This document shows positions 53,366 through 60,340 of a stretch of DNA of 64,000 nt, one piece after another. The position numbers and the translations under genes were made by a program. The stretch lies in the IMG/VR virus record IMGVR_UViG_3300033463_000013, positions 117,408 through 181,407 of that record, one strand, 5' to 3'. Numbering within the stretch: position 1 is the first letter of the stretch; every line of letters begins with the position of its first letter. Source of the stretch: a virus. Lineage: Duplodnaviria > Caudoviricetes. Under the pieces are notes generated by a model that had not been told where the DNA came from, did no database searches, and saw nothing but the letters and a program-made list of their open reading frames with translations.

Positions 53366-53453
53366 TGGCGATAGCCAGAGGACTTGCACCCCACACCTTT
53401 CGATGCCTTTGGTTTTCGAAACCAAGCCGGCGCGCTTGTCCGGTTTAGCTACC
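53366..53453 (-). tRNA. tRNA-Ser(CGA)
   Basis: TTGGT-TTCGAAA-ACCAA, long variable arm, CCA. Confidence 0.8.
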
Positions 53454-53454
53454 A

Positions 53455-53685
53455 TTATTCCCAAGGGAAATATTTATCTATTTTTCGTGGAGTAGCGTTA
53501 TACCATTTTTTATGTGCGCCACAACTTGGACAATAATGATATAATAGCCATGTATCAGGTTCTCTTTTATTTATAATATCTCCACAAGAATAAAAGAATT
53601 TACATCGGCAATACGCGTAGTATGCTCCATCGCCTTTATACTTACGAATATCCCAATGATGGTCTATACCGCGTCCCTTTCTCAC
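53455..53685 (-). CDS. Small Zn-ribbon protein
   Basis: CRC...YCPSCGA. Confidence 0.55.
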   Translation of the reverse strand: MRKGRGIDHHWDIRKYKGDGAYYAYCRCKFFYSCGDIINKREPDTWLLYHYCPSCGAHKKWYNATPRKIDKYFPWE

Positions 53686-54002
53686 ATTAAATCATCTTCC
53701 ATATATATAATTTGCTTGCCAGTACGAAGTGCATATTGAATTTCACTTCTAGTGCTTGAGCCAATATATCCATCTTTATTGATTACATAAATAGCATCTG
53801 CCATATCAATCTTTCTCTTATGGATATCATCAAGCATTACTTTTTGTTCTTCAGTGAAAGTATCACCAGCGTGACCAAAACACCCAACGGATATAACAAT
53901 ATTACCCAAAAGGGTAAGTTCCTTATTGATTCGTTCAAAATCATCTTTAAATCGTGTTGATCCGCATAAGGTTATCACTTTGTAATTGCCTATCATTTTC
54001 AT
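53682..54002 (-). CDS. Nucleoside-deoxyribosyltransferase-like (Rossmannoid) small protein
   Basis: VITLCGSTRF...HKRKIDMADAIYVIN.DGYIG.ST..EI.YA. Confidence 0.7.
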   Translation of the reverse strand: MKMIGNYKVITLCGSTRFKDDFERINKELTLLGNIVISVGCFGHAGDTFTEEQKVMLDDIHKRKIDMADAIYVINKDGYIGSSTRSEIQYALRTGKQIIYMEDDLM

Positions 54003-54212
54003 CCTCCATTATCCAAGGAAATAGTTTGTGGAGTGAACCATTTAAATGATTACAGCATTGGCACACTCCACAATAATAAGTCCATTCATCACACTTATTA
54101 TCATCTATCATAGTATTATTAGATAAATCATTACGTTTTATACCTAATATTGAACCACAATTATTACAAGTTGTAATATATTCATCAACTTTTTTGGCAG
54201 CCTTGACTATTC

Positions 54213-55334
54213 TCATACGAGATACCTCGCGACGCCATAATCCTTAGTCTTATGAAGAATGACTTTTTCAACGGTAACACTTTCCCATTCTTTTTCCATC
54301 TTTTCGCATTCTTCATCTGTACCTTCAAAATCATAGGAACCCCAATGAGGCTGGCTAATTTTGTCTTTAATAACAAATTCTTTACCTACAATTTGTGCGG
54401 CAGCCGGCGTAATATATAGAGTAAATTCATGAGGATATGCATCTTTTTCATAACGACGTACATGAATATAACGCTGAGAATGATCGTTCAGATCCAGTTT
54501 TACATCCCATGCTTCAAAACGAAGGCCGTTTGAAAGTATAACTGTAACTTCAAAGCGAGTATCATCAGTACGAGTAATGTTAAGATCAGACATAGCTTCT
54601 TTTAGAGAATATCCCTGATTAAGTTCAAATGCAATAGCACGAAGATAATCATATGGCATATCTACAACATTAGCAAGATTTACAATATCGTGAATATTAT
54701 GCTGATATTCTGGTAGAAGTTTGTCTTTCATATATTCTTCTACTTCATCAGAAGTAGGCGGCATCATAGTAAAATGATAATGAAAACGACCAGGCCGATT
54801 TAGCATATACTGGCTCATATGGGCGAGGTCATTACAAGTTACTACGAATAGCTTATGACCACCATCCATACCATCAAAAAGTGAAAGAAGCGCGTCTTGC
54901 TGATTTTCATCTTCTGTAATGGTAAAAGTTTTTTCAAATTCATCAAAAATTACTACACACTCCTGCTCAATAGAAGAAATGAAGTTAGCAATTCCTGGTG
55001 CAGCACAAGTGACCGTAATTACAGGCATACCCTTTTTGATTGCTTCTTCTGCGAGAAGGCGTACGAAAAGACTCTTACCAATACCTTTCTGACCAGAAAG
55101 AAGTACACCAAAATTACGATCTACAGCATCATATGAGCGTATAACCTTGTTTACTTTAGTCATACTACTACCATAAATCTTATCTTCAGTTACTGCCAAA
55201 TCATTACGAATAGACAAAGAAAATCCCTACATTGGATGGAAATTTACAAGATAAGTTCCAACAGGCAGTTTCTGATATGTTTTTACATCTTCACCGTAAA
55301 TCTGGTAACGACTTCCTGCATTAATTACGTTCAT
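54213..55334 (-). CDS. AAA+ ATPase, 373 aa (one in-frame TAG)
   Basis: MNVINAGSRYQIYG...HPM*GFSLSIRND; GQKGIGKS, FDEFEK, TCN, RPGR. Confidence 0.85.
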
Positions 55335-55479
55335 TCTTCTTCACCTTTAATTCTTTTCTTATATCTGTTAATACTGATAAAATCCACAATAGTAAGAACA
55401 TAAATGTATAACCAAATATAATTACTAATATACAAATAGTTCTAATACATTCTTCTAAAGTCATAATTTCTCCTTAAAG

Positions 55480-55551
55480 AGGTTCCGATAGGAGTTGAAC
55501 CTACTAACAAGGCGTTTGCAGCGCCATCCCCGGCCGACGAGGGTCGGAACC
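55480..55551 (-). tRNA. tRNA-Cys(GCA)
   Basis: GGCG-CTGCAAA-CGCC; U discriminator. Confidence 0.85.
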
Positions 55552-55705
55552 TATAATAAAGTTGATGGTAAATCCACGTGGTTCCTTATTTAATTACGAC
55601 AACCTCACTATTAATATCGTGTTTAATAGTTACTAAATCCGTCTCCCATCTATCGACACTTCTGCCGCTGCTTGGGGTGTTTCTCCTAGGAAAGCAGTAC
55701 CTTTG

Positions 55706-55778
55706 TGGAGTCACGGGGAATCGAACCCCGACTCTCTGCTTGCAAGGCAGAAGTGCTAACCGTTATCACTATGGCCCC
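55706..55778 (-). tRNA. tRNA-Ala(TGC)
   Basis: TCTGC-CTTGCAA-GCAGA; G3-U70. Confidence 0.9.
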
Positions 55779-55924
55779 ATATAACTCGCTGAGCATCCTA
55801 TTTCAACGCTTTCAGATTGCGGGATCTCTATTGTGTATTTGCTGGCAGAATTTGAACCATTAACCATAGCGAGTTGCTTTCCATAACGACACCTATTGGA
55901 AAACTTTTTGAAATGATAGGTATG

Positions 55925-55998
55925 TGCCCGGGGAGGGACTTGAACCCACAAAACCACGGTTCTAAGCCGTGTACCTATGCCAATTCGGTTACTCGGGC
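55925..55998 (-). tRNA. tRNA-Leu(TAG), short variable arm
   Basis: CACGG-CTTAGAA-CCGTG. Confidence 0.85.
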
Positions 55999-56251
55999 AT
56001 ATAATAGGTGGAGTCCTTCTCCATCTGCTGCCAAGAAACATCCTGGTCTTACACCGTCCTTATTTAAACGACCCTATTATACCTCTTGGAAGTATTTTAG
56101 GTGTTACCAAGTCTCACCTTACCATTTAATAAACCACGCCGCATAATTTTAATAATTTGTAAATAAATAAGTTTAGTAATTTGTATTAAGTGATGATCGG
56201 CGTGCACCATCTTGCGCCATGTTTGTTTAATATTTGTTAGTTAGGCGCGAG

Positions 56252-56325
56252 TACCCTACCTCGGATTCGGACCGAGACTTTACTGATTTTGAGTCAGTTC
56301 CCTCTGCCAGTTGGGGTAGTAGGGC
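56252..56325 (-). tRNA. tRNA-Leu(CAA), short variable arm
   Basis: ACTGA-CTCAAAA-TCAGT. Confidence 0.85.
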
Positions 56326-56330
56326 ATAAA

Positions 56331-56395
56331 CTAGACTCGTTATTTAGCCAGTTAGATTAAAAGTCCAATGCTTAAAATATTTGCTGACGAGCCTA
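56331..56395 (-). ncRNA. CAGCAA-motif RNA copy C: minimal form carrying a Lys(TTT) anticodon stem-loop
   Basis: TAGGCTCGT-CAGCAA...TTGGA-CTTTTAA-TCTAA...ACGAGTCTAG. Confidence 0.7.
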
Positions 56396-56398
56396 AAA

Positions 56399-56469
56399 CA
56401 GGTCGACTAGGACTCGAACCTAGACCACAAATTTTGGAGATTCGGATGCTACCATTACACCATCGGCCT
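56399..56469 (-). tRNA. tRNA-Trp(CCA)
   Basis: CGAAT-CTCCAAA-ATTTG. Confidence 0.85.
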
Positions 56470-56479
56470 AAATAGGGAA

Positions 56480-56941
56480 TTACTTCCCTTTATTTTTACC
56501 AGCATAAGTCTCTGTTTGAGCATGACAATTAGGACATAAAAATCGTAAATTATCAATTCTATGATCACGATTATTACCATTAATATGATCTAACTGAAGG
56601 CTAATTGGTTGTCCTAACCATTCATTAATTCCGCAACAAGCACATTTATATTCAAGGTATCCTTCATTAACTAATCTTTTCTTTAAACTACTAATATTGG
56701 CATAATTTGAATTTTCAATTAAAATTTCTTCTAATGTATATTTTTTATATACACCACTTTTTCCACGATTAAAATGCTCTGTAGAACAATTTAATTCTTG
56801 AATTCTTTTTTTAAGAACATCTACAGATGAACCACCACTAGTACCCAATCCTAATGCTCTTAAACAATCTGAATAACTAAAACTATTTGCTACAATAGTT
56901 TTAAATTCTTCATCAGTTACTTGATAAACTTTACTTTTCAT
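56480..56941 (-). CDS. HNH endonuclease
   Basis: CACCG...LQLDHING...NLRFLCPNCHAQT. Confidence 0.88.
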   Translation of the reverse strand: MKSKVYQVTDEEFKTIVANSFSYSDCLRALGLGTSGGSSVDVLKKRIQELNCSTEHFNRGKSGVYKKYTLEEILIENSNYANISSLKKRLVNEGYLEYKCACCGINEWLGQPISLQLDHINGNNRDHRIDNLRFLCPNCHAQTETYAGKNKGK

Positions 56942-57129
56942 ATAAATCACTCCTATGATTTTAATATATTATAAAGGCTTGTGTAGGAGCACATTATCTC
57001 ATTGGTTAATTACTCCAATGCTCCCCTTTATATTAAGATGGTCACGGGTAGCCTACGGGTTATCTGCGCTGGCTTTTACTCTCACGGCCGTAACGGCCTG
57101 CTTACGCACCTTTGAGCTTCCCGCCCGTG

Positions 57130-57206
57130 TGGTCGGGCATTCTGGAATCGAACCAGAAACCTCAGACTTATCAGGTCTGCGCGCTAACCGATTGTGCCAA
57201 TGCCCG
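57130..57206 (-). tRNA. tRNA-Ile(GAT)
   Basis: CAGAC-CTGATAA-GTCTG; CCA. Confidence 0.92.
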
Positions 57207-57428
57207 TTATTCAATTACTGTCCATGAATCAGTTTCTGGAATGAGAGCACAACCACCCCATGTTCCATGAATTTGTTTAGCATCATCAATATATTCGACT
57301 ATACCTTCGCGCCCAATATACTGAGGCTCGCCTTCCATCCAAATAATACGAATTTTATCTCCAACTTTAGGCATCCTTCTTACCAACCTTTCATACATAT
57401 GTTTATTTGCATAAAATAAATCAATCAT
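57207..57428 (-). CDS. DUF4314-like small protein
   Basis: KVGDKIRIIWM...G.EG.VEYIDDAKQIHGTWG. Confidence 0.65.
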   Translation of the reverse strand: MIDLFYANKHMYERLVRRMPKVGDKIRIIWMEGEPQYIGREGIVEYIDDAKQIHGTWGGCALIPETDSWTVIE

Positions 57429-57627
57429 TTCCTGTGGCTTCATTAATGAACTCCTTAATGAACTCCATAAATTCTGGGTCTTCCACATAAAAAGCATCAT
57501 AACCAAACTTATTTTGATAAGCTAGCATAATATTCACCATAAACTGACTCATGCGCCAATCTGGTACCTTATGCCAAAGTTCTGCGAGTTCATTGCAATA
57601 ATAATCAATTCGATGAGGTTCTCGCAT
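57421..57627 (-). CDS. Phage hypothetical protein
   Basis: MREPHRI...W...PDWR..Q...DAFYVED. Confidence 0.7.
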   Translation of the reverse strand: MREPHRIDYYCNELAELWHKVPDWRMSQFMVNIMLAYQNKFGYDAFYVEDPEFMEFIKEFINEATGND

Positions 57628-57776
57628 TTTTATACCCCTTTCTTCTTACAATAAAATTATAATATAATTTCAACTAAAAGTCAAATTCTTACTGACAATA
57701 GAAAAATTATAAATAACAGTATCCAACAAATTATTATAACTATAGCACCAATATTCATTATAATTCTCCTTATAAG

Positions 57777-57852
57777 TGGTGCCTAGGGTTGGAGTCGCAC
57801 CAACTAATAGCGGATTTTCAGTCCGCGGCGTTTACTGATTCGCCACCTAGGC
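57777..57852 (-). tRNA. tRNA-Phe(GAA)
   Basis: GCGGA-CTGAAAA-TCCGC; CCA. Confidence 0.88.
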
Positions 57853-57855
57853 ATA

Positions 57856-57933
57856 TGGGTGAAATGACAGGACTTGAACCTGCAATATCCGGAGCCACAA
57901 TCCGGCGCGTCTACCATTTCCGCCACACTCCAC
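57856..57933 (-). tRNA. tRNA-His(GTG)
   Basis: CCGGA-TTGTGGC-TCCGG; CCA. Confidence 0.88.
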
Positions 57934-57934
57934 A

Positions 57935-58010
57935 TGGTACCCCGTATAGGAATTGAACCTATGACACATAGCTTAGAAGGCTATTGTTCTGTCCGCTGAA
58001 CTAACGGGGC
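57935..58010 (-). tRNA. tRNA-Arg(TCT)
   Basis: ATAGC-CTTCTAA-GCTAT; CCA. Confidence 0.9.
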
Positions 58011-58011
58011 A

Positions 58012-58086
58012 TGGTGCGCGTGGCGAGAATCGAACTCGCGATACATAGATTAAAAGTCTATTGCCATACCACTTGGCTACACGCGC
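58012..58086 (-). tRNA. tRNA-Lys(TTT)
   Basis: ATAGA-CTTTTAA-TCTAT; CCA. Confidence 0.9.
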
Positions 58087-58291
58087 GAGAGAATATGTTT
58101 ATGTCTCCTATGTTTTCGTTTCATTTTAATCACTTCCTATTATATTTCCAAATATGATAATTATCAATCATATTTGATTTCCAAATTATAAATCGTGTTT
58201 TAAATTGCCACCATTTGGGATTTGGCAAAGTATCAAGATATTCTTGTAATGGTTTAAAATTATCTAAATTCATTACAATTCCTCCAATAAG

Positions 58292-58368
58292 TGCGCCATC
58301 GGGGATTTGAACCCAACGGACTCCCGGTTTAAGAGACCGGTACTCTGACCAGACTGAGTTAATGGCGC
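58292..58368 (-). tRNA. tRNA-Lys(CTT)
   Basis: CCGGT-CTCTTAA-ACCGG. Confidence 0.88.
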
Positions 58369-58474
58369 ATATTCCGTGGCTCTTTTACTTCGCCACGGCG
58401 AAGGTTGTTCTCACTACCGCGAACAACTTTAAAGGGCGTCCTTAGGTCCACTCTATCCTGGCGATTATGGGATT

Positions 58475-58551
58475 TGGTACCTGCGGGTGGATTCGGACCA
58501 CCGGTCTTTGGGGTATGAGTCCAATGCTTTAACCAACTAAGCTACACAGGC
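58475..58551 (-). tRNA. tRNA-Met/Ile2(CAT)
   Basis: TTGGA-CTCATAC-CCCAA; CCA. Confidence 0.8.
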
Positions 58552-58557
58552 ATAAAG

Positions 58558-58630
58558 TACTCGGTGACGGACTCGAACCGCCGACGTCCTGCTTGTAGGG
58601 CAGGCCTTCTCCCAGCTGAAGTAACCGAGC
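58558..58630 (-). tRNA. tRNA-Val(TAC)
   Basis: CCTGC-CCTACAA-GCAGG (C at position 33). Confidence 0.82.
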
Positions 58631-58904
58631 ATATTTCCTGTTGGATTGTACTTCTCCATTAACAAGCGACAGGAACGCCGTATCTTCTCACAGGATTATA
58701 ATTCCGACTACCGTTTCTTTATAGATGTTGCTAGCGTTCATCTTGGATGTTTGCCTTTACCTACGCATAGGTGTTTGCTACTACTGACATCTCGGCGGAA
58801 GTGGTTTTCATCCTTCCTAGTCTCCGCAGAGACTAGCCGCTATTCACTTTAAATAGGTTATTGTTCCACTATCAACTACTTACAGGGTCCTCTTACCCAA
58901 GCCT

Positions 58905-59268
58905 TGGTGGACCTGACGGGTACTGCCCCCGTGTCCATGCTATAGTCAATATTAAGAATTACTTACACGATAGCCAACTTATGCGGTTGGCGCGCGGAAT
59001 GACCAAGTGGTCAAACTTCTCCACCACTTGCTTTTAGGAAGCAAGAAACCACACGGTTTATGGCTACACCGTAAAAGGTCACTGGTTAATCTATGAACCT
59101 CAAGTAATTACCAGCCAGGAGGCTTACTGTTTTGGCGCGAAGGCTGAATCAAGCAGCCTGTAACTCGCAATAATCGAAATCTTCGTCGTTTCTTGTGTTT
59201 GTCCCATAAGGCGGTAACATACCCGTGTTCTTAATACACCCTATACCTGTCGAATCTATATCAGGCCC
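58905..59268 (-). ncRNA. ssrA: tmRNA
   Basis: 5' GGGCCTGATATAGATTCGAC, 3' GGACACGGGGGCAGTACCCGTCAGGTCCACCA, internal tag frame ...NDEDFDYCELQAA-TGA. Confidence 0.9.
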
Positions 59269-59272
59269 ATGA

Positions 59273-59348
59273 TGGAGCTGCTAGCCAGATTTGAACTGGC
59301 GACCCCGTCCTTACCAAGGACGTGCTCTACCTGCTGAGCTATAACAGC
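59273..59348 (-). tRNA. tRNA-Thr(GGT)
   Basis: CGTCC-TTGGTAA-GGACG; CCA. Confidence 0.92.
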
Positions 59349-59464
59349 ATAAAATAGCCTTCCTTTTTGTGCTAAAGTGAGGAAGGCAGTGGCGGACGCA
59401 TTATTCCCGACACTGGAAACTTATAGTTTCGCTTCACTTTCCAGCCAATACTGCTGGGGATCAG

Positions 59465-59548
59465 TGCCAGAGGTTGGTGCCGCCCCAACTGTGCTAAAGA
59501 GCGCCGCATTTACAGTGCGGTGGGTTTGCTGATTCCCTATACTCTGGC
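59465..59548 (-). tRNA. tRNA-Tyr(GTA)
   Basis: CCGCA-CTGTAAA-TGCGG; long variable arm; atypical T loop. Confidence 0.78.
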
Positions 59549-59778
59549 ATATTAAAGGTGAGATGTAGGGGAATTGAACCCCACCGGGCGTTGTATACGT
59601 GTCCGTCAAGTCTGAAACCCTGAATCAGAATTACATCTCATGAAATACGGCATAAGGTCGCCGCAACCCTATCCTTGAATCGCAGGAACTCCGGATAGAT
59701 TAGTTCCATATAATAAGCAGAATATTGTAATGGTTTTGTCCTTATGGGGCGCTGTACTGCCGCGCCTTCTGCTATTTG

Positions 59779-59851
59779 TACCCCACACAGGAATCGAACC
59801 CGCATACCACGGTCCGTAGCCGTGTGCTCTAGTCCGTTGAGCTAATGGGGC
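59779..59851 (-). tRNA. tRNA-Arg(ACG)
   Basis: CACGG-CTACGGA-CCGTG. Confidence 0.9.
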
Positions 59852-60011
59852 ATAAAACGGGGAGCTACCCCGACCTACAAAAGTAGGATTTGTTGCGTGC
59901 TTTCATAACCATACCTAACACACGCCGTGCCTAACCATGACACTAGTTATTTGGTTTCTCGGGCTGATGCATCAATTCCGGACTCAATGCTAACATAGTC
60001 AGCTCTACGAG

Positions 60012-60094
60012 TGCACAATAAAGGACTTGAACCTTCACGCGCTTTCGCGCACTAGCTCCTTAGGCTAGCGTGTCTACCATTCCACCAATCGTGC
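60012..60094 (-). tRNA. tRNA-Leu(AAG)
   Basis: CTAGC-CTAAGGA-GCTAG; long variable arm. Confidence 0.85.
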
Positions 60095-60100
60095 ATAAAG

Positions 60101-60171
60101 AGCCTACAGACGGATTCGAACCGCCATACGAGCCTTACGAAGACCCAGTACTGCCGTTGTACGATGCAGGC
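60101..60171 (-). tRNA. tRNA-Thr(CGT)
   Basis: GGGTC-TTCGTAA-GGCTC. Confidence 0.85.
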
Positions 60172-60219
60172 ATTTATGAGGGGAAGGGAATTTTCATCTC
60201 TTCCCCTTGGTACATTAAA

Positions 60220-60248
60220 ATTATAACAGAATTTTTATTAAAAGTCAA
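60220..60248 (-). promoter_or_regulatory. sigmaA-type promoter driving the tRNA array
   Basis: TTGACT-N17-TATAAT with extended -10 TG. Confidence 0.75.
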
Positions 60249-60340
60249 TTATTAAATTTTTGGAATATTTTGATTATTATACCAATATAAAAATACGCAT
60301 ATACATATAATCAATATTAGTGTGCCCATATTAACACCTC

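Noticed and set aside
55925-55998. tRNA with anticodon TAG as the UAG reader
   Set aside because: Anticodon UAG reads CUA (Leu); a UAG suppressor needs anticodon CUA.
57935-58010. Possible amber suppressor (TTCTAAG contains CTA)
   Set aside because: Stem ATAGC/GCTAT places TCT at the anticodon, so this is tRNA-Arg.
58633-58903. RNase P RNA
   Set aside because: Conserved P4 motifs (GAGGAAAGUCC, ACAGAA...GGCUUA) not found.
59524-59533. CAGCAA in tRNA-Tyr as a fourth motif copy
   Set aside because: It lies in the D loop of a tRNA and lacks the TAGAC/GTCTAG terminal stem.
55769-59609. Short ORFs 55769..56041 and 59421..59609
   Set aside because: They run through tRNA genes and are most likely chance frames.
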